A DNA stretch of 64,000 bases from Heteronotia binoei (taxonomy: Eukaryota): the NCBI RefSeq assembly GCF_032191835.1, contig NC_083242.1, positions 19,344,001-19,408,000 of the forward strand, written 5' to 3'. The position numbers and the translations under genes were made by a program. This document shows positions 21,937 to 37,200 of the stretch, one piece after another. A model generated the notes under the pieces. That model was not told where the DNA came from and did no database searches. It was given only the letters and a program-made list of their open reading frames with translations. The first letter of the stretch is position 1; each line of letters opens with the position of its first letter.

Positions 21937-24900
21937 GTAAGACACCTTCCCAAATGTCTTCATATCTGATAGCCAAGGGCTGACTCGTGCACAGATTTAA
22001 AAATCCGCATGGTGGGGCCAGCCACAATCACGACGTAAAGTCCTGCAAACTTCCACATTCACAGAGAAACCCAGTTCATGGCAAAAGAATTTGGACATTA
22101 CTCCAAAATGCTGAGACATCTGCACGTATACAGTCACAGAACCTTTATTGACATAACAACAACATATCGAATCAAGGAAGCAGGGGGAAAGGTGGTTCAT
22201 TAAACATTCTAAATAGACTTCTCCTCCTGTAAGCACAGTAAAGGAAGTTTGCCACCACTTTGATGGTTTCAGCCTTATTTGAGGCTAGTAAACTCACTAT
22301 CTTGCTTTCATAGCTATCGCAGGCGTTGTTCTTGAAAGGGCAGCTGCTGTGAGAGCCCTCTCAGCCCCACCCACCTCACAGTGTCAGGCAATAAGGTTTC
22401 AAAGCAACCAGACCTTGAATTGATACAGAGTTAGGCTTTATTTGATAATCCATATGCACTAGAATGAAGAAATTGGGACTGATACCATGTAACAGTGCAA
22501 CGCATACTTAAGAGGGCTACATCAAAGGTTTCTAAACAAAAGCCACAATTTTCAACATTGCTGAGCTGAGGTGTGAAGGTTCACATGGGCCCTCTCTCTT
22601 ATCTTATTCCTACGGTTTGTCTTCCTGGGATGGCCAAGAGGCTCGTCCCTGGAGGCACTTTATCTTCAAAGGGGAATTCTTGCCTTTGTTAGTATTAGGG
22701 GGAGAGAGAGGTTCACATTAAGCACTGGCAACTATCTACAACATTCTACTTGGATAGGCAAGGTCTTTCTCATGGTTAGTAACAGCGGTTCAATATGGCT
22801 GCTATTAAGCTAAGCATTTTATTTCAGGAATAGTTACATTGCCTGACATACTGCCCCCCCTAAGCTCTTGCTCGGGGTTTTTCTGGGTGCAGTAGGTAAA
22901 ATCTTTTGAGAAGAAGGGGGACTCGCAGATCTGATGATTTCACCCATTCATCACAGCTAGGTGGAGAGTATTTCCACCGTATTAGATAGTACAGAACCCC
23001 CCTCTTCAGTCTGGCATCCAGCACCTCCTGCACCTCATGATGACTCTGACCCCTCACTTGAATAGGTTTGGGCTCTGGAGGGCAGGGGTGCCAAGATGTA
23101 ATTCCAGGATCTTTTCGAAGAAGGCTGCAATGGAAAACAGGGTGAATTTTACTAAACAATTTAGGCAGTTCCAGTTCTACTGTCACTTTGTTTATTACTC
23201 GTTTTATTTTGAATGGCCCCAGATATTTGTAAGCCAGTTTCCTGCAAGTCTGTGGTAGTGGCAAGTTCTTGGTGGATAGGAAAACTGTCTCTCCCACTTT
23301 GAAATCCCATTCGGGTGAATGCTTCTTATCGAAGTGGGCTTTATAGTCTCTCTTGGCCGTTTCCAAGTTCTCCTGAATAATGACCCATCCTTTTTTTAGT
23401 GTCTCCCACCATTGCTCGCAAGAGGTGCGGGGAGAGGTTTCTTTACTGCTGGGCAGCAAGGGGAAAGGTTTCCCTTCATAATCATTCACAATTTGAAATG
23501 GGGTCACTTTAGTGGAACTATGCCAGCTGTTATTGTATCCAGACTCAGCAAATGGGAGTAGCTGCACTCAGTTCGATGGCTGGTAATTTACATAGCACCG
23601 AAGGCACTGTTCCAGAAGGGCGTCCACACATTCCGTCTGTCTGTGGGTGGTAGGCAGAACTCAGCCCCTGCTCTATGCATGTCGGTCTGCAAAACTCCCG
23701 CCAGAAGTTGGCAACGAACTGTGGCCCGCGGTCACTAATGACTTTGTCAGGGAATGAGTGTAATTTAACAATATGCTGGAAAAATAAGTACGCCAATTTC
23801 TTTGCTGTCGAGAGTTGCTTGCATCGAATAAAGTGGGCTTGTTTTGAAAAGGTGTCCACTACCACTAAAATCACTGTTTTTCCCTGGGACACTTCTGCTA
23901 TGAAGTCCATCGACACTACTGACCAGGGCCAATTGGCCGTGGGGGTGGGCTGAAGGAGTCCCGGCGCCCCCCCCCCCCCGTTACTTCGCCATGATGCAAA
24001 TAGGGCAGGTGGCCACAAATTCTGAGATGTCTTTTTTCATGTGGGGCCACCAAAATTGTCTATTGATCAAATGCAACGTTTTTACGTAACCAAAATGGCC
24101 TGCCAGTTTGTTACAATGGCAGTGCTGTAAAACTTCTTTGCAGAGGGTTTTGGGAATGTACAACCTCCCCTCATAGTACCAAACCCCGCCCCCCTCTCCT
24201 TTCACAATCCCTTCCGGCCTTTCTGCTCCTTCAGCCTCGGTCTCCTCAATCAGCTTACTGCCCCCCCACGGCTCTGGAGCTTTTGTTCTTTTCCCCGATT
24301 GTGTCATCACTGCTCCCGCTACCGCAGAGGGGGGAATGATGGAGTCTATCACCTCCTCCCTCTGGCTTTCGTGCTGAGGCAATCGGGAGAGGGCGTCAGC
24401 CATAAAGTTCTTCGACCCCGGGATGTATTTGAGGGTGAAGTCGAACTTAGCAAAGAATCTGGCCCACCGAATTTGTTTTGCAGTCAGCTTTCAGCAGCCG
24501 GTGAGCACTTCTAGGTTTTTATGATCGGCCCAGATCTCGAACGGGACACCCGCCCCTTCTAACCAAGACCGCCAGGTCTTGAGAGCGAAAGTCACTGCAA
24601 ATGCCTCTTTGTCCCAGACTGACCAGTTACGCTGGTCTTGCAAATATTTTTTAGAGATATAGGCGCAGGGTCTCAACCTCTCCTACTCATCCCTCTGCAT
24701 TAATATGGCTCCTACGGCCACGTCGGAGGCGTCACACTGGACCACGAAGTCCTTAAGTTCGTCTGGGTGGGCAAGGACCGGCTCGCTTGTGAACAAGCGC
24801 ATAAGTTTGTCAAAGGCCTCTTGGCACCGTGGCGACCAGGGTAATTTGGCCCCGGGTCTCTTAGCTTCCGGCCCCTTTCCCTTAGTCTTAAGTAGGTCTG

Positions 24901-27900
24901 TTAGGGGCAACATCACCTGGGCAAACCCCTGAATGAACCCCCTGTAAAAAATCACGAATCCGAGAAATGATTGTAACTGTCTATGTGTCCTCGGGGGTTC
25001 CCAGTCTAGCACTGCTTGTATTTTGGCTGGGTCCATCGCCAACCCCTTCCCAGAGACCCGGAATCCCAGGTAGTCAAGTTCCGTTTGGTGGAATTTGCAT
25101 TTGGACAATTTTGCGTATAGCTTGTGCTCATACAGGGTGAAGAGCACTTTCTTCACCAGTTTTACATGGGAGGGTAGATCTTTCGAATAGATAATGATGT
25201 CATCCAGATACACCACCACCCCCTTGTACAGGTATTCTCTTAGCACTTCATTGATAAATTTCATGAACACTCCCGGGGCCCCTTGAAGTCCGAAGGGCAT
25301 CACCAAATATTCGAACTGTCCCATCGGCGTGTTAAACGCCATCTTCCACTCATCCCCCTCCTTGATCCTTACTCGAAAGTAGGCGTGAACTTGGTGAAGA
25401 TGGACCCTTCCTACACCGTGCTTAGTAAGTCTCTGATTAGGGGGATGGGGTAGGTGTTGGACATAGAAATCCCTTTTATCCCACTAAAGTCTGTGCGAAG
25501 CCTAAGGCTTCCGTCCTTCTTTTTCCGGAAGAGGACAGGCGCGGTGTGGGGCACGGTGGCCGGCCTAATGAAACCCCTTTTTAAGTTCTTGTCAATGAAC
25601 TTTTGTAATTCTGCCTTTTCCGCCCACCACATGGAGTACAGTTTGGCCTTTGGTAGTTCTTGGCCCGGGATCAGTTTGATAGCGCAGTCGGTACTGCGAT
25701 GGGGGGACAGTTCATTTGCTTCCTCCTCGCTAAACACTTTGCGTAAGTCCCGGTACTCCCTTGGGATTGATCAGACCTCTTCTACCGACATGCACATCTT
25801 TTCGTTCTTAGGGGGTGGATTTGGCCCGCATTTTTCTAGCCAGTGGTAGTGCGTGTACTGTTTGTCGGTGCAATCTGTGGTCTGTGCTCCCCACTGTATA
25901 TCCAGCTGGTGCCCTAACATCACATCAAAGGAGGAAGAAGGGGCAATGACAAAAACTTCTACCTCCCAGTGTTTGTCTATCCCCACCGGCAGGCCCTGAG
26001 TCTCTTCTACGCATGGCTCCCCTTGCGTTACGGACCCGTCCATCTGCTTGAACTGGATCGGGCGAGGTAGGGGGGTTCGAGACAGTCAAGGGCGTCCACC
26101 AGTTGTGGGGTGATAATCTCCCGCGTGCACCCGGAGTCAATTAGGGCTTGGGCGTGCATAAATCGCTTGAGTTTTGGGTTCAATAAAGTCAAGGGGACAA
26201 AGAATAGGGCCCCAGTTATTCTCACCCATAATGGCGCCGTTAGATCCATGACCTGCCTCCCGGCACCCCTCAGTGCAGGTTGCTCTCGTTTCCCGCCGGC
26301 TCGGGCTTCCATGACTCCTCGCTTAGGTCGTCCACAATTATAGTATCCTCGTCAAGCACCATCGAGGTGGCGGTGCTGCCCCGACTGGACTCCTTGGACT
26401 TCCCTGGCGTCTTCTTTGGTCTCACCGCCATCGGCTTCGGGGTAAGGGGGTGGGCTTGAGGTTTCTCAGGGCAGTTTGCCACCAGGTGCCCCAGGTTGCC
26501 GCATCAGAAGCACTTTCGACCCATGGTGGCTTTTGGGGTCTCTCCTTGGGCTGGCGTTTTCTTTGCTTCGGTCTTTGTGCCCGACCGAGCCTCACGTCAC
26601 CCCTTTCCCCCTTGCTGCTGTTGCAGGGCTATGCGCTTCATGTTTGTTTCAACTTCTCCTGCCAGCTGCATCCACCCTGCCCACGTGGTGGGGTGGGCTT
26701 GGTCCGTTCCTTCAATTTCCTTCAACCCATAGGAACATAGCCTATCAAAGAATGGTATTTTTTTGAAGGAAGCAGATTAAAATGGGCCAACATAAACTAC
26801 CTTCGAATATGGGGATCAATCAAACAAGACAAATACTCTGTATGTGAACCATTAAAAGGAATCCCCCATTGCATGGCAGAGCAGTGCCCAGAAGCAAGAC
26901 TTCTAAGGTCTTTAATCTCCATGTCAATTAATCTCTATTTGATCACATATACGGACTGTAGGGAGGGAGAGGGGGATGTCTTGCGCCTGGCATTGAAGTA
27001 GGGGCAGGCCTCCGATTCAGCAGGAGCTCACAAGAGCGCAGCTCCTGAACCTTTCTGAGGATTCCCCCACCTTGTCCATTGAACAGTAGGTGCAGCTGCA
27101 TAACAATGCCTGGATGAGCTCCACCACCTATTTTTCTACAAAATGACCCCTGAATAGAGGTGCCAGCATCAAGAAGAGCTGGAGGTGGTGGTGGGGGGGA
27201 GCGACAGCAAGGGTGAAGAAGAACAGAGCTAGAGGGGCATGCATGAGAATTTGCTGTCCGTCTTTGTGAGTCCCCATTTGAAGAATTTGGAATTAGTGTT
27301 GGAAGAGAAGAAATGTATTCAATACTCCCTCCTCTTTCGTTGCAGATACTACATAAGGGAGCAGAGAAATAGCAAGAGGTGGATTGTTTTCTTAGAAGGT
27401 AAGTAAGAGGAAAAATCGCCTCTTACAACAATGAACTGAAGCTGTCTATTTTTTGAATCTCTCATCGATCAAGTATGAGCCTGATATTTTCTTCAGGGAC
27501 TCTTGCTCTGTGAGTCTGCACTTTCACAGGCTGGGATGAGGAGGTGAGTGCAGGGCCTTTTTTGTGGTGGCACCCAAGCGTCAGAGTGGCTTCCCTATAG
27601 AAGCTCCTCAGCGCCGAATTTATAGGCTTTCAGATACCAAGCAAAGTTGCTTTTATTCTCCAAGATTTTTCAGATTCCACAACCTCCCCCACCCCCCCGC
27701 ACTTTCATTACTTGTTTGTCCTGTTTTTTTAATCTCTGCCTTGAAGACCCTGACTGGATGGAAAGGCTGCATAAAAATGTTTTAAATAACATTAAATGAA
27801 ATAAACAGTTCATTAAATTGATTTTCCCTTGTTTTATATTGGCTGCTTTAGGATTTCAAGAACTTACTAAATTTATATCTGGTGATATTTTGCATTCCTT

Positions 27901-28192
27901 CTCTAGTTTTGCTGCTGTTACACATTTTATTCCGTTATGTTCTTGTTTGCAACTTGTTTGCAACTTGTTTTATCACTTTATTTTGTTTTATAAAGAATTC
28001 TCATGGCTGTAAACTGTCTCATCAGTATTTCTATGGAGATGCTGGGGTAAAAGGAAGTACTTCTTCACCCAAAGGGTGATTAACATGTGGAATTCACTGC
28101 CACAGGAGGTGGTGGCATCCACAAGCATAGCCACCTTCAAGAAGGGGTTAGATAAAAATATGGAGCAGAGGTCCATCAGTGGCTATTAGCCA

Positions 28193-28256
<64 letters not shown>

Positions 28257-31200
28257 TTGGCCGCTGTGTGACACAGAATGTTGGACTGGATGGGCCATTG
28301 GCCTGATCTAACATGGCTTCTCTTATGTTCTTATGGTATAGTTTAAATACATCACAGAGAGAGAGATGGATTGTGTTTGCTGGCATCAAAACATACACAA
28401 CGACTACCTTAGTATCTCCTGGAGGAATTGGAAGGATTGATGTATGGGTTATAGTTATATCTGTCAGGCTGTCAGACTGAGACCTTCTTCCTTGAGCACA
28501 TCTGACTGTGCCAGACCTTTTCTTCCAATAGTTCAGAGTGTCTTTTTAGCATCCCAAGAGTCCTGCAAGGTAAGCTTGGCCTGGCTGTAGAGATAGAGAC
28601 TTGCTCAAAATCATTTAAGGAACTTAATCTCTAGTGGGGTATTTCACAGTCTGGGTTTCCCACATCGAAATGCAGCATTTTGCTCCTTGTCTTATTCCGG
28701 CACACTCTGTGAGCCCGAGAACCTGAGAACCAGTTTGGTGTAGTGGTTAAGTGCGCGACCTTTTATCTGGGAGAACAGGGTTTGATTCCCCACTTCTCCA
28801 CTTGCAGCTGCTGGAATGGTCTTGGGTCAGCCATAGCTTTCATAAGAGTTATCCTTGAAAGGGCAGCTGCTGTAAAAAGCTCTCTCAGCCCCACCTACCT
28901 CACAGGGTGTCTGTTGTGGGGGAGGGGGAGAAAGTAGAAGAGATTGTGACCACTCTGAGACTCTGAGATTCAGAGTATAGGGCAAGATATAAATCCAATC
29001 ATCTTCTCAGCAGAATACCAACCTGTTTCATGAGTTCCGCAGGCTGGGCTGGACTGGGCAGCACACGGGACAGCTCCAAGCACATACAGTCAGGAGCAAT
29101 GGAAGTCCCTTTCAGGCCTCTCATGAGTGCCCAAACGTAGCTCCTGGTTGCAAGCTAGTAAGAATATAGTTGGATGACCAGACCAGAAGGTTCCTCTGTG
29201 TGTCCTGCAGGGGGCTCTTTCCCCAAACCAGGCCCAACGCTGGCTGTGGGGGTGTCCCATTGACACACAGCCAAAGCAGTCTCTTCTGTGCAAAAGCCTG
29301 GAATTCCTTTTTCAGGCCATGACTTATGAACCGATGAACAAAGGGCACCAAATTTTCCTCTTATATTTGCAACAGGGTTCTGTCTGGCCCAAGTCTTGAC
29401 AAACTTAGGGATCCAAAAAGAGTATTCAGTTCAAATTGGGGCTTTTTTTTTTTTTTAGCAGAAATTCCTTTTTATACTAAGCCACACTCCCCTGATGTAG
29501 CCAATCCTCCAAGACCTCACAGGGCTCTTCTTACAGGGCCTACTGTAAGCTCCAGGAGGATTGGCTACATCAGAGGTGTGTGGCCTAATATGCAAAGGAG
29601 TTCCTTCTATAAAAAAAGCTCTGGTTATAATGCAATGTTTTAAGTTGTATACAAGGTGGCACCTGATGCTGAAACTTTTTTCTCATATTTTCATGTCTAG
29701 CTCAGCTCTTTGCTGGAAGCAATGTCCCTGGTTCTTATATACATTGTTGGTGGGAATACCCTGTGATTGAATCTTTTTGATGCCGGCTTCACTGTTTGAA
29801 ATTATATATCATGAGGATAGATTTACCGTTTCTCTTAGAATCATTTTTAATTGACATATTGGCCAGATTTACAGCTGCGGGAAGAAAACTACAGATTTAT
29901 ACCTCGCCCTTCTCTTTGAATCAGAGACTCAGAGCAGCTTACAATTTCCTTTATCTTCTTCCCCCACAACAGACACCCTGTGAGGTAGGTGGGGCTGAGA
30001 GAGCTCCCCCAGAAGCTGCCCTTTCAAGGACAACTCTGCAAGAGCTATGGCTAGCCCAAGACCATTCAAGCAGGTGCAAGTGGAGGAGTGGGGAATCAAA
30101 CCTGGTTCTCCCAAATAACAGTCCATGCACTTAACCATTACACCAAACCATTTGTGTCCATATTGCAACCACCTAGCTAACAGTGGCAGCATTTTGGGAA
30201 AACCCTAAAGCTCCTAGCATAGAGCTTTGGTACAAAAATGTCTCAGAGCATGTTATTATGGCTAAGTTAGCGGATCACATGACATAACTTTCTAATGCTA
30301 ATTATCACACTAAATTTTCCACTATCTGGTACCCGATTTTGCAACGCCTTTCAGAAAATGATAACAATCCCTTGTAGAGCTATTTATAAGGATTTTTTTT
30401 ACCATTTTAAATGTTTGGTTGTTAAAATGTTATATTTATGTATTTGTGGAATGTTTTTGCCCCTGTACTTCATTTCTGAATTTTTAAAAAAACAAACTTA
30501 GGGATCCAAGGAGAGAAATAGACACCCCCTCTGAAATGCAGCCTCAAGTGTGAGTTTTAAGGCAATTGCTTGCTTTGTAGTCAATGCCCTCTTTCCCATT
30601 CTTTGCCAGGTGGCTGGTGCTGCTATAACACCGAAACGTGTGAGAGCAGACACAAGAATAGTCGTCGCTTGACAAGTTCATTGGAGTGGCCACAAACAAG
30701 AAAAGGTACTGAGATTTGAGAGATAACACTAGCATAAGAGCTGTTGGACGATCATCCATCACTGTCTTCTTTTTCTGCTTGTTGTCCTAGGGACAGGCAT
30801 TTTGTCAGCTCACATGGAGGAGAACCCTTACTGGTGGAGTGCAAATGCAGTGTAAGATGTTTCTTCCATTCCCTAAATGTTCTGAGACCAAAGGCAGGGC
30901 ACCTTAAAGACTGCATTCTTCTTCAGCAGCCTATCTGCATACAGAGATCTTCTGTAAATCTTCATTTCCATATCCCTGCACCATCAGAGATCCTGGGCTA
31001 TATGAGGCAGGGCCTTCTTAGTGATGGCATTAGGACTATGGAGTTTCAAAGGCAGGGATACCCATTCAGGCCTTGTGATTTTCATGGTGGTGATGTTTCT
31101 TTCCTGACCTAGCTGGCTATTTTGTTGTAGATTATAGTCCTGTTTTTATATTGTATATTCTGTGTAGGGTAAAAAAGCAAGATATGTCTTTTCTTTTCTT

Positions 31201-34200
31201 TTTAATGCAGATATCCACAGATTTTCTGCTGGGGGAGGGAGCAAAAGCACCACACAAATGTCATGGCAATTGTTGCTTTCTGTTTACTCAGTACAATGTA
31301 GCTTATAATACTTAATTGTTTTAATTGCATGATTTTGCTGCTTCTCTCCAGCTTTGTGCCTTATTGCTCTAGTGACCTTTGGATTGGAACTCTGCCCAAA
31401 TCACGACAAGGTATACGCCGATTCCCAGTACCTTCTGGCCCCTTTTCATCTCAGGTCATTTTCAACCTTGCCTTATTTCTTCTAGTGCCTTATACTTTCA
31501 TGGGCTCTTTGATTATCCAGGAAGTCATAAAAGACCTTGTCCCCAAAGGAATTAAGCAAGCTAAAGGACTCTTGCTTGCTGGCTCAAGGTAAGCCGAAAG
31601 ACCCTGAGAACTGCGAGGGCTAAATCTATTTGATATAAGGGTATGATTCCACTTTACTAATGTTAGAGTGAAGATTTCAGGGCTTTTTGGTAGCAGGAAC
31701 TCCTTTGCATCTTAGGCCACACACTCCTGCTGTAGCCAATCCTCCAATAGCTTCAGGGCTTTTCGTACAGGGCCTATTGTAAGATCTTGGAGGACTGGCT
31801 ACATCAGGGGTGTGTGGCCTAAGATGCAAAGGTGTTCCTGCTACAAAAAAAGCCCTAACTTTTGTTGAATAGAAGAGCATCAGCTTTGTATGCAGAAGAG
31901 CCCAGATTTGATCCCTGTATTCAAAAGGATGTCCAGTTGGCAGAACCTGAGATGTTGGGATGCTGCCGCCAGCCAGTCCAGTAAACCAGGGGTGGCCAAG
32001 CTGCAGCTCGGGAGCCACATGTGGCTCTTTCATACATATTGTGTGGCTCTCCAAACCCCTCCCCCAATCAGCTGGCTTGGAGAAGGCATTTCTCTCTATA
32101 AATTACATCTCCAAGCCAAGCCAGCAGGCAGCTTGGAGAATGAATTTAAAGTTAAAGTTGCTTTCTTTCCACCNNNNNNNNNNNNNNNNNNNNNNNNNNN
32201 NNNNNNNNNNNNNNNNNNNNNNNNNNNNNNNNNNNNNNNNNNNNNNNNNNNNNNNNNNNNNNNNNNNNNNNNNNNNNNNNNNNNNNNNNNNNNNNNNNNN
32301 NNNNNNNNNNNNNNNNNNNNNNNNNNNNNNNNNNNNNNNNNNNNNNNNNNNNNNNNNNNNNNNNNNNNNNNNNNNNNNNNNNNNNNNNNNNNNNNNNNNN
32401 NNNNNNNCTTGTCTTGTGTCTCTCAAACATCTGACATTTATTCTTATGTTGAACAAGTTTGACCACCCCTGTAGTTTACTGACACTGCATATTTATATGC
32501 AATCCTGTGGTTTATTTATTTATTGCATTTATACCCCACAGTTCTCACCAAAGCGGGGACCCAAAGCAACTTATATCACTCCATTTCATCCTCACAACAA
32601 CTCTGTGAAGTAGGTTAGGCTGAGGGAGTGTGACCAGCCCAAGGTCACCACGTCAGCTTCAATGGCAAAATGAGGATTCGAACCTGGGACTCCAATGCTC
32701 TAACCCAAGGGTGGCCAAACTTGCTTAACGTAAGAGCCACATAGAATAAATGTNNNNNNNNNNNNNNNNNNNNNNNNNNNNNNNNNNNNNNNNNNNNNNN
32801 NNNNNNNNNNNNNNNNNNNNNNNNNNNNNNNNNNNNNNNNNNNNNNNNNNNNNNNNNNNNNNNNNNNNNNNNNNNNNNNNNNNNNNNNNNNNNAGAAAAC
32901 AACTTTAAATGCATTCTCCAGGCTATCAGCTGGCTTGGCTTTAAGAAAAAAGAGACAGATGCCTTCTGCAAGCCAGCTGATGGGGCAGTGGGGGCTTCAA
33001 GAGCCACACAATATGTATGAAAGAGCCACATGTGGCTCCCAAGCCACAGTTTGGCCACCCCTGCTCTAACCACTACACCAGACTTGGAAACTTTCTCTAT
33101 CAAATGCCCCTGGGTTGAAATAGGGCCTTGCTCCAAAGCAGGGGCAGGACAGTCTCAGTCCCCAAATTAAAATACAAAGAAAACAATCTTGACTGCAGTG
33201 AAGGATCTTTCTCTCTCGTTACAGAAAGTTTCAGGGTGTGTGCTTGTACGGGGAGGGAGGGGTGTTGAACCAGCTATTTGTGCAGTGTGAATGGGGGAGG
33301 AAGCTTAAAATGAATCAAGACCCCCAACATTCAGCACTGAACACTTAGGGCTGCATCTGACATTTAACTTCCATGGAGGTCATTTGAAGTGGGGGTTCAC
33401 ACGATTGAATGCTGTTCCATTCAGAAAGCATTCCCTGCATATAGAAAACTAGTATGTCAGGGAGAAAACCAGACCAGACCCATTCCTAGTCAGAAAACAC
33501 AATATTGAGCAAGATGGGCCATGTTGATAATACTGATATAATGGTTTCAGTGGTCCAAGCACTTAATATATGTGATCTTTCTACAATTCTTATGACAACA
33601 CTGAAGGGTAAGCAATATTTTTCCCCGTCTTGCGGCTCTCAAACATCTGATGTTATGTCTTGTGGCTCCTCCATTAAGCAAGTTTGGCCACCCCGGTATA
33701 GCCCGTCTTTTAAATAACATATTCAACTCCAGCATAAAAGAACAAAATATAATAATGGTCCTGAAAGCACAGTCAGAAGAAACAAAATTAATAGCAAATC
33801 AAGCAGGTGTTACCAAATATATTTTACCAAATTACTTTACCAAATGCCTTCTGGAAGAAGAGCAAAATTCGAGTTGAGAAGAACAGGATTCAGTATCTGA
33901 TGAAGGGGCTTTGATTCTCAAAATCTTATATCCTGGAAATCTTACTGTTTTTTAAGGTGCTTGACGTTGTTTCTGGACTCAAACGTTGCTCGTCTACTGC
34001 AGTCCAACATGACGATACCCCTGAAAATAGCTTCTGGGAGAAAACTGTATTTGCCCACTGTGTCAAGTCCCCAGCTAAAGGGGCAGAGGAAAATCCTCTG
34101 GAGGAAGAAGGGAGTGCCATGCTTTTGGGTGCAACAGCAGAAAAGACTCTGTCCCATGTAGTCTTCCCTTGACATTGAAGAGTTGGGGGAAGATCTCAAA

Positions 34201-37200
34201 GAATGAGATAGTTCAGGTGGAAGAAAGCTAGTGTTTCCAGCCTCCATGCAGGGCCTAATTATCTCCCGCTATTCCAACTGATCTCTGGACAATAGAGATC
34301 CGTTCTCCTGGAGAAAAACACTAGGGTGAACTGTATGGCATTGTATCCTGCTAAGGTGCCTCCAGTCCTCAAGCCCGCCCCCCCTCCCCAGGCTCTACTC
34401 TTTAAATTTCCAGGTATTTCTCAACATAGAGCTGCAGAGTTACTAAGTCTAACTCAGAAAATATCTGAGGGCTTTGCGGGTAGACCCAGGAGGCTTTTAC
34501 ATTCCCTTAAATAAATTAGAATACAGCAGTGCAGTTCCCCTGAATACAGTCTTCATTTCTTCATCCCCCAGCAGCTGCATATCCCACCCCCCTCTCTCTT
34601 ACACACACACACAGAACAGCCAAAACACTTTTGTGATTTTATTGGAGCAATTTACTCATAGAATTGTTGAATGTAACCATCTGTTGTATATTCAATCAAG
34701 TTCTTCAGAGTAACACAGAGCAACCAAAGGTTCTAGTTTACTCTTTACTCTCTATTTTACTGTGCAAACAGCTTCTGAAAGGAACAATCCTCTGTTTGTT
34801 GTGCTGGTTTCCTCTTCCTTTCTAGCAGTTCACTGGGAGCAGCCATGTTGTTCTGCTGACTTACCCTGCCCCCATTCAGCCTTACTCCTACAGATTTAAA
34901 GGCACACACACACCTTCTAAAAAGCAAGCAGTTTCTAGCCTTCTGGCGTGGAAAGGCACGTGGTGACTGTTGGGGCAGGGCTTCCCCCCTCCCGGCCAGA
35001 TGACTGGGGGTGGGAAGGAGCCTGCAAAACCAGGGGATCCCCCACTGGGAACTGGGGATTGCGAAGCCTATTGACCTGGCAAATTTAGTCCTGGAGGAAC
35101 CCTGGACCCATTTAGTTATAAGCAACCCAGAAGGAGGCCGAATGAAAGGAGAACAAGATTGATTTTCTATGGCCAGAGTCTCCAGGAAGGAGAAAGTCTA
35201 ACAGTCCCAATTTATGCCTTGTGTAGTCCTGCACATTTTCCCACATTGGTGGATGGCTGTGGTAAAACCCCTTGGAAAAGCAGACCTGTCTTTACCTTTT
35301 TGCTTCATATCCTGGTGGAGTAGACTTGCCAATCCCCAGGTCCCAGCGGGGGTTCTTCCACTTTCCCAGGCTCCTTCCCGCCCCCAGTCAGCTGGCCAGC
35401 GGGGGGAAGCCCCGCCCCCAGAGTACCATGTGCCTTTCCAGCCCCGGAGGCTTCAGTCTCTACTTGAGAAAGGCTTCCTCTTGGGATGGTGTGTCTGTGT
35501 TACTTTGAAGAAGTTGGCAGCAACTTGTAAGTAGAGATGCCAATCCCTTGTTTCAGAGTCGCCAGAAATGGAGGGAAACATCTGCTGAGCACTTCATTAT
35601 TCCCTATGTGGAGATTGATTCTCATAGGGTATAATGGGGAATTGATCTGGAGGTTTCGGGGGCTCTGGGGGAGCTGTTTTTTAGTTAGCGGCACCAAATT
35701 TTCAATATAGCATCTAGTGCCTCTCCCCAAAGTACCCCCCAAGTATCAAAACGATTGGACTAGGGGGTCCAATTCTATGAGCCCCAAAAGAAGGTGCCCC
35801 TATTCTTCATTATTTCCTGTGGAAGGAAGGCATTAAAAAAGGTGTGCTGTCCCTTTAAATGTGATGGCCAGAACTCCACCCCCAAAGTCCCCAGATATTT
35901 CTTGAATTGGATTTGGCAACCCTACACCACACTGACCCAAGCAGAGTTACTGTAGTTTATTTATTTCAGAAGCCTTAGATCTCAGAGATGCTGCATAGAA
36001 TTGCACTGTTACCTGAAATACTTTTATCTCACTTTTCTCTTTGAAAAGGTTTCAAGGCCTCACCCTACTCCTGCATTAATTCTCTGCAGGAGAGCTGGTG
36101 GTGTGACTCAACTAGTGGTCCAGAGCTGGAGTGAGTCAGCGTCAGAGCCCTTGGGCCAGTCTCCAACTCTTAGCCTGTCCTACCTCACCAGGCAAACCCC
36201 TATTTTTGTAAGGTGTTGTAAGGTGGGGGTAAAATGGGGGATGCCATTCTGAGCTCCTTGGAGGAACAGTGAGATAAACTTGTCAGTAGATAGATTTAGT
36301 TACCACACCAAGATCCGGTGTGGAAGATACTGGGCCTGCCATGATGCCTTTTCCTTTTCAGTGCTGGAGCCACAGGTGTCCTGTTGAACATCGATCGGGT
36401 CGCAGAACTCTTAGCGGAGCTCAAAGCAGAAGCTCTTCAAGTCCAGGGACTTGTCGACTCCGGCTGGTTCCTGATCGGCACCAAGCGGCCGAGACCACCA
36501 GGATGTTCAGATCCTTTGACTTGCTCTCCAGCAGATGCTCTCAAGAAAGGGCTCCGGTACACCTTGACCTGCTGACCTGGCAGTGGGGCTCCCTCCCACA
36601 CATAAGATAGGGGGGATTATGGGTGTTGACAGGGCTGGCCCTAGGGTGCATGGTGCCCCAGGCAGTCTCGCTGCCCACCGCCCCTGTGCTGTGCCCTGCA
36701 ACTTGCCCTGCCCCTTTCCATGGTGGCACCTCCTCCTCCCTCCCTTACAATTTTAATGCCCAGGAATGAGCGGTGAAGCGCCACGCTCCCAGGGCTCTTT
36801 AAAGGCCGCCCCCTCCCTCTGCTGATCAGCTGATCAGTGGGTAAAGTGGCTTTTTCAGTGGCTCGCTCGTCCTTCCTGCCACTGCTGCTCCAGCGCTGAT
36901 TGTCCTGAGCGCACCAGAAGGCCGGCATAGGAACTGCCAGCCTCCGTGACACTTAGCTCATCGGCAGGGGGAGGGGCAGCCTTTAAAGAGCCCCAGGAGC
37001 TTCACCACCCATTTCCGGGCATTAAAATTGTGAGGGGGGGGGGAGCAAATAGGGATTTGCCTAGGGGCCGGGGAGGGGTTGAGGGCCGATTTCGGCACCT
37101 CCGTCCTGCCAGCACCCTAAACAAATGCCTAGTTTGCCTAGTGGGTGGGCCGGCCCTGGGTGTTGATGCAACTGGAGAACACTCCACTGCCTAAGGGTGC

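Noticed and set aside
31890-33136. ORFs of 104-217 aa containing X runs
   Set aside because: Artefacts of translating through N gaps in hAT repeats.
33949-34100. Minus-strand exon candidate with a strong acceptor and GTAAGA donor
   Set aside because: The donor and about half the exon lie in the short dispersed repeat seen elsewhere in the window; two frames are open, so it is uninformative.
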